The position numbers were made by a program, and so were the translations under genes. DNA of 63,951 bases, the filler included, from Nemertoderma westbladi (taxonomy: Eukaryota > Animalia > Xenacoelomorpha), in NCBI GenBank assembly GCA_032718475.1. It is 3 parts of 3 records of this genome, joined end to end, with 100 filler letters (N's around TTAATTAATTAA, not from the genome) between each part and the next. Parts side by side here need not be neighbours in the genome. Positions count along the whole stretch, not along the records: positions 16,566 to 41,072 come from JAUCBJ010004598.1; positions 41,173 to 63,951 come from JAUCBJ010003979.1; 1 more part is not named here. The stretch is one strand, 5' to 3'. How positions within the stretch are numbered: position 1 is the first letter of the stretch; every line of letters starts with the position of its first letter. Below are positions 35,324-48,000 of this stretch, one piece after another. The notes beneath the pieces were generated by a model, which saw nothing but the letters and a program-made list of their open reading frames with translations, was not told where the DNA came from and did no database searches.

Positions 35324-37044
35324 TAATTGTATTTGTTTACTTTAAAATTGATTTGTAATTGTTTCATTTACAATTCGGACCGGATAAAAAATATATAGCA
35401 ACGACTAAAATTTCATTACAAAACTGAGTTGTAGAAAAACTAAATTACTTATTAACTTCTCTAGTTACGACTCAGATTGTAATATTACAGTTACGCCATT
35501 TGCCTTTTTTTGCCCCAGTCCCTCCTAATTTTACAAATGTAAGTCCAATGCTACGGAAGTTTGCTGCATACCAGAATTTGGATATGATGATAGTTCGACA
35601 ACTTTTCTTACTGCTGGACTGGCCGAATCTTTTAATTTTCAAATTATTACAGTATTTAGCTAGGCCTACAACTACCGTTAACTACCGTTAAAAATACAGA
35701 TTCCGATTCGGAAAACCGTTTTCAATTTCAACAAAAATTCCCAAAGAATATTTCTTATTGTGTGTATTGTTTGTTCTTTTTGATTTATGTAAATTGTATT
35801 GATACAGATAATAAAGTATACCACAAAATTTTAATATCCTTTGTGAATGTTGCTTATGTTCTAGAACATAATTATTTTAAAAAATTAACTAAATGCTCTA
35901 TGAAACAAATAACTACTGTTTAATAATTTATTAATAATTATTGAGCAAAATCATGTCATATATAACATTCTTCGCATATTAAACAAGGGGTTCTAGAACT
36001 AGTTCTAGAACGCCTTTATATTAAATAATTTTCTGGTTCCAATTGTCCTAAACAGTATCCGGACAATTTGGACCCGCACAATTCCAACCCATATTTTAAA
36101 ACAATTTATTGTGCGAGTCCAAATTTTCATTCGTATCCCGTTTTAAATCATTTGTTAAGTGTGTGTTGCTTATAGTGCACGTTGTTGTCTTCCAACGTTG
36201 TTCCACGTTGTTGCTAAATCCAAATGTTACATATTGGGCATTAAAGTGCGATTTTTAAAGGCCCCTTAATAGTTGTCTATCATATTGGTCTGAGTGCTGG
36301 TAATATGAGATCGACCGACAAAAAGACATATTAATCTACAGACAGACCGACTATTATTGTGACGGGAGCCAGTTGACGAAACTCCCGAGCGACTGGGTGT
36401 TATTAAGGGTTGGTTTTCTTATGGACGTAGATGGCTGTTGTGGGTCCGATGCTTAGGTGTTTGGGGGTCGGTGTTAAAATGAAAGATGCTGAGATCCTTC
36501 TGTCTATTTAATCTGGTATAATATTATAGAGCAGTGACTGACCGCTAGCACTAGACTGGTAGCTCATCTACTGTCATACAAAACGTATCACCCTCAGTGG
36601 GTTAAAATGTCAACTTGGTAGCAGGAATGTGTACTACACATTGCTACCAGCTGATCTTCTACTTGTGAATTAGTAATTGCACCAATGGTGGCCTTAGAGT
36701 TGATGCGACCTTTCCATTGGCTGACAATATCATGCCACTTGATACTTTCCCTGTGCAATTGAATTTTGGGCTCTCAGTAAGACTAGACTAGAGTGAGGGT
36801 TAATTAACTCCCTTACTGACCTGTTATTTTCTCTTGTCAATATTGGTAAATTGACCCCTGTTCCACTTTGCGCATAGCGGATTGAATCCTCTAACAACTA
36901 TATCTAACAGAAACTGACCAAGGTCACTGTGTTCTAAGCAATAAACTTTTTCTTAACTTCTTATTTTTTTACTTTATCGTTACTTCGGAATTTTCAAACT
37001 TTATTCCTTTGTATTTATTATTTGTTATATATGATATGTTGCAG

Positions 37045-37191
37045 GTTCGTGTTGAAGAAGATGAAACTCAGAAACAATTAGGCAATGAACTTTTTGATAA
37101 CAGTATCCCCAATGAAGAAAATCTGCGGCACAGATCCGAAGGAAGTGTTCCTAAATTATCGCCAATAGAAAATGTTACCAACCATAAGGCG
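37045..37191 (+). CDS. Internal coding exon (phase 0-0), probably spliced to exon 27603-27730
   Basis: T-rich tract and ttgcag acceptor, GTAAAT donor; 49 open codons VRVEEDETQKQLGNELFDNS...TNHKA; phase matches the upstream exon. Confidence 0.6.
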
Positions 37192-37420
37192 GTAAATTTG
37201 GATTGTGAGAATTATATTGAAAACTAAAAATATGAACTACAGTATTTCAGTGACTTGTATCATTAGGCCAATGGATGAATCGTATAGCAGCAACTTAAAG
37301 GGCAATTATTTAATGGATTCATTATTTTGTTAAATTATTGTGTATCAGTGTTCTGCCTATTAGTTTAAAAAAATGTAATAAAAAAAATGTTCTGAATAAT
37401 AGAATATTAGGGGTTCTAAT

Positions 37421-38184
37421 GGAGCAATATACAGAAAAGTGGCCAAAACATACAAAAAAGTGAGACCATGGTGTAATTCCATATCTACCGAATGAAATAA
37501 ATTGTTACAGGTAGAGATTTTCATCAGGAATCTAGGAAACCATTTTTAAATGCTACTGTAACTAAATAGCATTAAATTTTGTTTGATATCGTCAAAAACT
37601 ACGGAAAACGTGATGATTTACAAAATGATTAGTCGAGCAGTTACATAAAACACAATTATACAAATTCATCGAGTGGGTTTGAAGAGCCTCAGATCGGGAG
37701 GGAATACCATAAACTGTCCCCTCCTGTAACCAATGTTAAAGCTGATAGAATCGCATATAATTGGTACCACGGTAAAACAATAACAGTTTTGAAATCCTCC
37801 TTGAAAATGCTTTCATTTGATGTATAATGTTCATACGCAGCATTTATAATGTGTGTTTGACAGTGTCAGTCGTACCATAAAACTTCCCCCCACCTGTAAA
37901 CGCCTGTAACCGGCTCTCATTACATTTACATGGAAGGTTACAGGCAAGGAAGTGTCCCACGCCTGTAACCAATTATCCTAGAAAATGTGTTAAAATAATG
38001 GTTACAGGCAGTGGACAGGAAGGGGCAATATTTTTCTACAGCTCATATTTAAGGTTGGCCAATACTCTCACTGAATTCTACAGACACTGAGCTTTCAGAA
38101 TATATATCATATGTTGGGTTTGGAGAAACTTTATTTTGTGCACAAAAAAGACCCTGGTTTGGCCACTTTTCTGTATATCGCCCC
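37421..38184. mobile_element. MITE with ~27-bp TIRs
   Basis: ggagcaatatacagaaaagtggccaaa versus tttggccacttttctgtatatcgcccc; TAAT on both flanks. Confidence 0.75.
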
Positions 38185-38729
38185 TAATACGTAATACCTA
38201 AAATTGGTACTTTTGATGCTTATTTAATTATTTACTACAATATAGTGCTACAGGTATACACCATGTCCTGGAATATAGTGTCGTTATTCAGGTACCTGCC
38301 CCACCCCCCCCCCCCCCCCCCCCACCCCAAATTTTTCGACAAATCTTAATGAAATTTGAAACAGAGACAGTTTCTTCACATCCCCCTCCTCCGTGGATGA
38401 GCCAGAATTTTATTTTTGCTTTCATTCTTTAGATACAAGCGTTTAAAAAAGGTGTTTCCGGCGATATTCCACAGGTCACACTGCAATTATTCTTCAACCT
38501 CATGGTACCAATAGAAAGCTGGCCATGTAAGGATTCCAAATCTGTAAAAACATTTGAATTTGGTTGGGAAATAACTGAGATATGGGCATTCGAAAGTTGC
38601 ATGTATTTGTTTCCCCTGCAGGCCATTTATTATATTTAATACAGTAAAATAATGTATGTACACCATATTCTGGAACATTTTGTTTATCCCATAAGTAGCT
38701 GGGCAACAATGCAACAATGCCGCGCCTGC

Positions 38730-41072
38730 AACAATGCAACACCTCGAGCAACACCTCGAGAATCTTCTCGACTTCGAAGAGGAACTCAAGAACGATAAGA
38801 CACTACCTAAAGATGCCGGATCATTACAGGAGAAGCTGGGAAATGACTGGTTCAACAAGTCCTTCACCGAGAACGATGTTAGAGATTCAATCAACTCAAT
38901 GGAAAACGGAAAGGCCGCTGTACCAGACAGAATATTTAATGAACATTTAAAAAACTTCGAAAATATAAATGTTCCAGTGTTAACTGTTCTCTTCAACTGT
39001 GTCTAGACATGGGATAAATCCCAGCAAACTGGGCGATTAGTACAATAAAGATTATATTCAAGGGCAAAGGTGAAAGGACAAACCCAGATAACTATAGAGG
39101 GATCGCTCTAATTAGTGTTATTCTGAAGACATTAACAAAAATAATGAATAAACGAGTCCAAGATGTGATAACTTTAAGCCTTCCATCGAGCATACGGTTT
39201 TAAACGAGGCCGATCTACTAGACATGCTTTAAAACAACTCATATCAGATATACATTCAATAATCAACTCCCCCTCGCACAAAGGACAGCAAAAGAACGAC
39301 GGTATATGTTGTTTTTATAGACTTCCGGAAAGCCTTGGACCTCGTCGACAGAAGGATACTGTTCTACAAACTATATTCTCAATTCGGAATCAAAGGGATT
39401 AGTCGACCATGATGTATTCAACTATGCAGGACGGGAAATTGAACTCTGTAACGAATATGAATATCTCGGGGTCACAATGCAACCGTCCTTAGTCTTCAAA
39501 AAACAAATCAACAATAAAAAGAGGAAAGCTTTTGCTGCGATTGGCTGCCTCAAATATCTCCAATTAAGGGGGGGGGGGGTATACCCCCCACCCCCCCCCC
39601 CCCCCCCCCATGAACCTTTTTTTAAAGTGGCTGTCAATTAGTGTTAAATGATAATATTGCTATTTTGTCATGGTCAACCACTGTATGGAAGGCCAAATAG
39701 CCTTTATAGTAAAATTTGAAAATTTGTAGCCCCCCCTAGGGGCTGGTGGCGGAATTAAGGATTTCACTAAAATTGCTACTAGTCCCTCAATTTTGGTCCA
39801 AATTTCTTGAAACCAACTTTTTTGGTGTGATCGACTCTACAAAAGTTATCTTATATAATTTTTAATTTGCCAATTTTATTTTAATTAATTCATTATCATA
39901 TTTTTAATTAAAAATTGCTAATTAGAAAAAAGTGGTAATATTTATCAAAATTCCATAAGATAACTTTTAAAGAGCTTCCAAAGCTCGTTCGAATGAGCCA
40001 TAAACGAAGAAAATTGGTTCAAAAATGACGGAGGAGTAGTGATTTGAAAATGAAAAATGTCATTCCGAGAAAATGCCCTTCAAAGTTTAAACCGTCCCGC
40101 CAAAATTGGCTGTCTGTGTTCTGGTTGGTATTTCTGGCACGAAGGATGCACACCAACGAGCTAAAATGTTCATTACGGGGGTTTTCGGGGTCGCTGATTT
40201 CATTTCCGATGTCAGTTTTAAGAATCTAGTCTATCTGTCTGTCTGTCGGTCTTCTGCCTTTCTTACAATTTGACGGACAGACCGTCATACGGAAAAACAG
40301 TGATAACTCGAGAACTGAAAGAGGTCTCACTAAGCGGTTTTCCGATTTGCAATCATCATTAAATTCTGCTCTAGGTGAAATAAAGAAACAATAATTTGAA
40401 AAATTTTACCTGAGGGGGGTGGGGGGTATACCCCCCCCCCCCCCCCCCCCCCCCCCTTAATATCAATTGAAACTGGAATGAAAATTTTAAATTTTAAATT
40501 GAGCCTATGATTAGCTATGCTTTCCCAGAGATTGCGCCATATTTTACACTTTCAAATTTGAAAGAAAGATAAAGTTAAAACAACTTTCGTTAAAAGACTC
40601 CTGGGACTTCCTAAAAACGCCTCTTCTACTGTTGCTTTGAAGATGGTCCGATGCAAAACGTATATCGAAGATCTCAACGATAAATTTCCGTCATTATTCA
40701 ATTACGACGTTTTCGAACAATATAAAATGGTTCTGAATAGTAAAGATGATTTGTTTAATACAAAAAACTATATACATAGGCCAGCTTTCACAAGTACCAA
40801 CTGGCGCACTGCCGGACAAAGAAACCGACATTTCATTTCAAGAGCAACCGTTCACCGCTTCTATTGGAAACTATGTAACATTAACACCATTCCACGAATT
40901 ATCCGATGACTGCACCTCCAAATTAGAGCTGAGCTGAGCTGAGCACCTCCAAATACTGCGGAGGTTCATCTACTTACATTTATCATGTATTTAACTGGGA
41001 CTCATTTGCAGACAGATTGCCTCTAACATAAGGCTAGGACGACTACATTTGTGTAACTATATTTATTTTATT
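38730..41072 (+). mobile_element. Highly degenerate non-LTR retrotransposon RT with internal deletion of the catalytic core
   Basis: GKAAVPDRI, PDNYRGIAL, GFKRGRST, FIDFRKALDLVDR, then a jump to EYEYLG; many frameshifts; interrupted at 39568-40456. Confidence 0.8.
39568..40456. mobile_element. Kolobok-like non-autonomous DNA transposon
   Basis: TTAA TSD (39564-39567, 40457-40460); termini G(n)TATACCCCC(C)AC and its inverse. Purine-starting ends fit Kolobok better than piggyBac. Confidence 0.75.
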
Positions 41073-41172
41073 NNNNNNNNNNNNNNNNNNNNNNNNNNNN
41101 NNNNNNNNNNNNNNNNTTAATTAATTAANNNNNNNNNNNNNNNNNNNNNNNNNNNNNNNNNNNNNNNNNNNN
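41073..41172. other. Artificial gap spacer N44-TTAATTAATTAA-N44
   Basis: Same 100-bp linker as at 16466. Confidence 0.97.
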
Positions 41173-41879
41173 TATATATATATATATATTGACAGACATT
41201 CACATATTAACAGACAGTTTTTGCGTGGCAAGGTTCAAACTTTAAAGGCAATTATCTCGGTTTTTAATGGTATTTTTTCATTTTTATAACGCTACTTTTG
41301 TGTGTTTTTGGTATCAAATGAAAACTACTAGTGTGCGCAATAATAAAATTCGAACAGTTTTTTTAGTGTTGCAATTGTTCATCTGTTTCTCTATATACGA
41401 TACAGACAGACAGACATACTGGCAATATGACATCGAAAATAAAAATTGAAATCGGCAACGTGGAAAACCCCTTAACGAAGATTTTAGCGAGGTATCGCAC
41501 TTCCTTATTTAGATACAGACAGACAGACATAAATACCGAAACCGACACAACAAGTTTAATAGCGTTTTCTCCACTTCATAATATTAGACTAAAAACGGTT
41601 TCGTTCAGCCATTTCTTGGCTAAATTCAACACCACACCGAGACGCAACTTTCAATAGAGGAAATTAATCAATTTCAATTTGCGAAATTTCAGGATTTTTT
41701 TCATTTAATAGCGTCTGTTTTATCCCTCTATCCGATGATATATGTAGGTTTAGACTCCCTCCTATGTTTTTGATGCAATATAACATTTTACAAATGATGA
41801 CATTAGGGAGTGTACCTTGTATTTAGTACCTTAGTTACAATAACATGCTTAATAATCCATTATCCTTTTCGTTATTTAG

Positions 41880-42037
41880 ATATCGGAGATTACATCAGGT
41901 CAGCGAACTTGTACTCGATGAAACAATGTCTTCAGAAGCTGATAAATGGGCCAAAAAGCTATCCACCAATCCCCACCCAGAATGTAGCAAGTCTAACTAC
42001 GGAGAAAATACAGCAATGACAAAGATTGCCATAACTG
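41880..42037 (+). CDS. CAP/SCP-domain (GAPR-1/GLIPR2-like) gene, exon A (phase 2-1)
   Basis: YRRLHQVSELVLDETMSSEADKWAKKL...NYGENTA; atttag acceptor, GTTTGT donor. Confidence 0.85.
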
Positions 42038-42077
42038 GTTTGTTATATTGCCTACTTACTGCCAATGCCAAAATAAC

Positions 42078-45000
42078 CTAGTTTATGCACTATGGACATT
42101 GTTTATGCACTATGGATCTAGTTTATGAGCTATGGATCTAGTTTATGAGCTAGGGATCTAGTTTATGAGCTATGGATCTAGTTTATGACCTATGGATCTA
42201 GTTTATGAGCTATGGATCTAGTTTATGAGCTATTGATCTAGTTTATGAGCTATGGATCTAGTTTATGCACTATGGATCTAGTTTATGTACTTATGGATCT
42301 AGTTTATGCTCTATGGATCTAGTTTATGTACTATGACTAGTTTATGTACTTATGGATCTAGTTTATGCTCTATGGATCTAGTTTATGTACTATGGATCTA
42401 GTTTATGACTTATGGATCTAGTTTATGCTCTATGGATCTAGTTTATGTACTATGGATCTAGTTTATAGCTGTGCGGATCTAGTTTATGCAGCTATGGATC
42501 TAGTTTATGAGCTATGGATCTAGTTTATGAGCTATGGATCTAGTTTATGAGCTATGGATCTAGTTTATGAGCTATGGATCTAGTTTATGCAGCTATGGAT
42601 CTAGTTTATGAGCTATAGATCTAGTTTATGAACTATGTATGGACCTAGTTTAAGCAATATGGATCTAGTTTATGCACTATGGACCAAGTTTAAGCAATAT
42701 GGATTTACTTTGTTCACTGTGTATCTAGTTTATGCACAGCGTGACTAGTTTATGCACTGTGTGTCTAGTTTATACACTGTGAATCTAGTTTATGCACTAG
42801 GATCTAGTTTATGCACTGTGTGTCTAGTTTATGCACTGTGTGTCTAATTTATGCACTGAGTTTATACACTGTAAATCTAGTTTATGCACTAGGATCTAGT
42901 TTATGCACTGTATGTCTAGTTTATGCACTGTGTGACTAGTTTATCAACTGTGTGTCTAGTTTATACACTATGAATCTAGTTTATGCACTGTGTCTCTAGT
43001 TTATACACTGTAAATCTAGTTTATGCACTGTGTGTCTAGTTTATACACTGTAAATCTAGTTTATGCACTAGGATCTAGTTTATGCACTGTGTGTCTAGTT
43101 TATGCACTGTGTGACTAGTTTATCAACTGTGTGTCTAGTTTATACACTGTGAATCTAGTTTATGCACTAGGATCTAGTTTATGCACTGTGTGACTAGTTT
43201 ATGCACTGTGTGTCTAGTTTATGCACTGTGTGTCTAGTTTATACACTGTGAATCTAGTTTATGCACTAGGATCTAGTTTATGCACTAGGATCTAGTTTAT
43301 GCACTGTGTGTCTAGTTTATGCACTGTGTGTCTAGTTTATGCACTGTGTGTCTAGTTTAGTTTATGAGCTATGGATCTAGTTTATGCAGTATGGATCTCG
43401 TTTATGAGCTATGGATCTAGTTTATGAACTATGTATGGACCAAGTTTAAGCAATATGGATCTAGTTTATGCACTATGGACCAAGTTTAAGCAATATGGAT
43501 TTACTTTGTTCACTGTGTATCTAGTTTAGGCACAGCGTGACTAGTTTATGCACTGTGTGTCTAGTTTATACACTGTGAATCTAGTTTATGCACTAGGATC
43601 TAGTTTATGCACTGTTGTCTAGTTTATGCACTGTGTGTCTAGTTTATGCACTGTGTGTCTAATTTATGCACTGAGTTTATACACTGTAAATCTAGTTTAT
43701 GCACTAGGATCTAGTTTATGCACTGTGTGTCTAGTTTATGGACTGTGTGACTAGTTTATCAACTGTGTGTCTAGTTTATACACTGTGAATCTAGTTTATG
43801 CACTGTGTGTCTAGTTTATACACTGTGAATCTAGTTTATGCATTGTGTGTCTAGTTTATACACTGTAAATCTAGTTTATGCACTGGGATCTAGTTTATGC
43901 ACTGTGTGTCTAGTTTATGCACTGTGTGACTAGTTTATCAACTGTGTGTCTAGTTTATACACTGTGAATCTAGTTTATGCACTAGGATCTAGTTTATGCA
44001 CTGTGTGTCTAGTTTATGCACTGTGTGTCTAGTTTATACACTGTGAATCTAGTTTATGCACTAGGATCTAGTTTATGCACTGTGTGACTAGTTTATGCAC
44101 TGTGTGTCTAGTTTATGCACTGTGTGTCTAGTTTATACACTGTGAATCTAGTTTATGCACTAGGATCTAGTTTATGCACTGTGTGACTAGTTTATGCACT
44201 GTGTGTCTAGTTTATGCACTGTGTGTCTAGTTTATACACTGTGAATCTAGTTTATGCACTATGGATCTAGTTTATGCACTGTGTGTCTAGTTTATGCACT
44301 GTGTGCTCCTAGTTTATACACTGTGAATCTAGTTTATGCACTAGGATCTAGTTTATGCACTGTGTGACTAGTTTATGCACTGTGTGTCTAGTTTATGCAC
44401 TGTGTGTCTATTTTATGCACTGCGTGTCTAGTTTATGCACTGTGTGACTAGTTTATGCACAGTGTGTCGAGTTTATGCACTGTGTGACTAGTTTATGCAC
44501 TGTGTGACTAGTTTATGCAATGTGTGTCTAGTTTATGCACTGTGTGTATATTTATCTTTATACACTGTGAATCTAGTTCATGCACTAGGATCTAGTTTAT
44601 GCACTGTGTGTCTAGTTTATGCACTGTGTGTCTAGTTTATGCACTGTGTGACTAGTTTATGCACAGTGTGTCGAGTTTATGCACAGTGTGTCTAGTTCAT
44701 GCACTAGGATCTAGTTTATGAACTATGGATCTAGTTTATACTATATTGATCTAGTTTATGCACTATGGATCTAGTTTATGCACTGTGTGACTAGTTTATG
44801 CACTGTGTGTCTAGTTTATGCACTGTGTGACTAGTTTATGCACAGTGTGTCGAGTTTATGCACTGTGTGACTAGTTTATGCACTGTGTGACTAGTTTATG
44901 CAATGTGTGTCTAGTTTATGCACTGTGTGTATAGTTTATCTTTATACACTGTGAATCTAGTTCATGCACTAGGATCTAGTTTATGCACTGTGTGTCTAGT

Positions 45001-48000
45001 TTATGCACTGTGTGTCTAGTTCATGCACTAGGATCTAGTTTATGAACTATGGATCTAGTTTATACTATATTGATCTAGTTTATGCACTATGGATCTAGTT
45101 TATGCACTGTGTGACTAGTTTATGCACTGTGTGACTAGTTTATCAACTGTGTGTCTAGTTTATACTCTGTGAATCTAGTTTATGCACTAGGATATAGTTT
45201 ATGAACTACAGATCTAGTTTATGAACTACAGATCTAGTTTATGAACTACGGATCTATTTTATACTCTATTGATCTTGTTTGTGCACTGTGTGACTAGTTT
45301 ATGCACTGTGTGTCTAGTTTATGCACTGTGTGTCTAGTTTATGCACTGTGTGTCTAGTTTATACACTGTGAATCTAGTTTATGCACTATGGATCTAGTTT
45401 ATGCACTGTATGTCTAGGCGCAGAAAGAGTCCCGACTCAAACAGACTACAGCGGCCAAGAATGCAGTTAAAGCTGCATCTAGGTCCCTGAACAGGCAGTA
45501 CTCTGTTAATCTACAGGAGCTAATAAACCAACAGGTTGATGCCATCAATGATGCTGACGACAGCAGGCAATCATCCCAGGCATGGAAATCGATCAATCTG
45601 CTTACTGGGCGGAAAAGCCAACCAACCACCAAGGTTAAGGCTAAGGCTGAATCACCAGCCGATCGCCTCAATGGTTGGAAAGCCCACTTTGAAAAGCTCC
45701 TCAATAATGACAGGGTATTGCCTGATAACTTTATAGAAGTAAAAGTGTCTGAGTCTGTACTCCCAGATATTCCCATTGGCGATATCTCCTTTGCAGAAGT
45801 GAAGGCTGCTGCAAAGAGCATTAAGACCAATCGTGCCAGTGGAGTAGATGGTGTTCTCCCTGAGGTCTTTAAAATACCTGAGTGTTTAAAGCTCATCTAT
45901 CCCATCATAGTAGACATGTACCGTACAACAAGAGTCCCACAAGAAATGAAACCAAATAAGTTGGTGCCAGTTCCCAAGAAGGGCAACCTAACACTCTATG
46001 GTTCTTTTCGGGGAATCTCATTGATCTCGATTGCTGCAAAACTATACAATAGAATTCTATTAAATCGCATCAGGGATCCCATTGAGGGACTGCTACGTGG
46101 AAATCAGAATGGGTTCCGTAAAGGTCGTGGGACCATGGAGCCCATTTTGGCACTTAGAAGGATAATTGAAGAGTTATCAAAAAAGAAAGACAGGCATCTG
46201 GCTGTTATCTTTGTTGACTTCTTCAAGGCCTTTGATTCAGTCTCTCGCTCACGTATGTTCAGCATACTTTCGTTATATGGGATTCCTGATGAAATTATTG
46301 CAGCAATCAGATCAGTATACGATGGTTCGACAACATTTGTGTCTACTGTTGACGGTGACACAGAACCATTTGAAGTGTTATGGGGCGGGGCGTCCTCCAA
46401 GGAGACACACTTGCACCATTCTTGTTCATTATTGTGGTTGACTATGTTCTACGCATGTCCTTAGATCATCATAATGATGATGGGGTGATGATAACTCCAC
46501 CTACTGGCTCCAGAAGTCGAGGAAATCCTGCCAAGTACCTAACTGATCTAGACTTTGCTGATGACTTAGGAGTACTCTCAGAATCATTAGAGGGAGCCCA
46601 ACGGCTCCTCAGCTCATTAGAACATGCTGCTTCTAGTGTTGGTCTTTTTATTAACTCCAGAAAGACCAAAATTCTGACAGTTAACTTTGAAAGTCCTCAG
46701 CAAGTCTCTGATCGGATGAGCATAAGCTCAAAGGATGGTATGCTTGAGCATGTGGACGACTTCTGTTACCTGGGATCATGGATCCGGAAGTCAGGTGAGG
46801 ACCTTCGAATACGTAAGGGAAAGGCATGGGCAGCCTTGAATAGGCTTTCCAGGATTTGGAAGTCACCTAGAATTAATCGGAAACATAAGGTCCGATTATT
46901 TAGAGCAGCAGTAGTTCCAGTACTCCTCTACGGGAGTCCATGCTGGGCTCTAACTGCTGAGGACACCAAATCTCTGGATGGCACATTCACAAGAATGCTA
47001 CGCCGGGTACATTGTGTCAAGTACAATGCACACATCTCCAACCAGACACTATATAACATTGGAGGTGTCTCATTGGTTCCCCCAAGCTTGACACTAGAAC
47101 AAAATCGCCTCCGCCTTGCAGGACATTGCTTTCGCCGTGAGGACCAGCCAGTGCATAATCTTGTACTTTGGCAGCCTCATGGAGTGAATAAGCATGGTGG
47201 ACAGCCCATGACTTTCTTGAGACGCATCTTAAAGGACACTGGCCTTAAAGATGCGGATGATCTAGCAAATGTCATGGGTGATAGGGAGTTGTGGCGGTGC
47301 AATTTTGTTGACAAGCCGGCACAGCATTCTTAAAAATGCAGCTGCAATGCAGCATGCCGATCCTAGTAGTAGTAGTCTAGTTTATGCACTGTGTGTCTAG
47401 TTTATACACTGTGAATATAGTTTATGCACTATGGATCTAGTTTATGCACTGTGTGACTAGTTTATGCACTATAAATCTAGTTTATGCACCGTGTGTCTAG
47501 TTTATGCACTGCGTGTCTAGTTTATGCACTGTGTGACTAGTTTATGCACATTGTGTCGAGTTTATGCACTGTGTGACTAGTTTATGCACTGTGTGACTAG
47601 GTTATGCGATGTGTGTCTAGTTTATGCACTGTGTGTTTAGTTTATCTTTATACACTGTGAATCTAGTTCATGCACTAGGATCTAGTTTATGCACTGTGTG
47701 TCTAGTTTATGCACTGTGTGTCTAGTTCATAAACTAGTTCATAAACTAGGATCTAGTTTATGAACTATGGATCTAGTTTATACTATATTGATCTAGTTTA
47801 TCACTATGGATCTAGTTTATGCACTGTGTGACTAGTTTATGCACTGTGTGTCTAGTTTATGCACTGTGTGTCTAGTTTATACACTGTGAATCTAGTTTAT
47901 GCACTAGGATCTAGTTTATACTCTATTGATCTAGTTTATGCACTATGGATCTAGTTTATGCACTATGCATCTAGTTTATGCACTGTGTGACTAGTTTATG

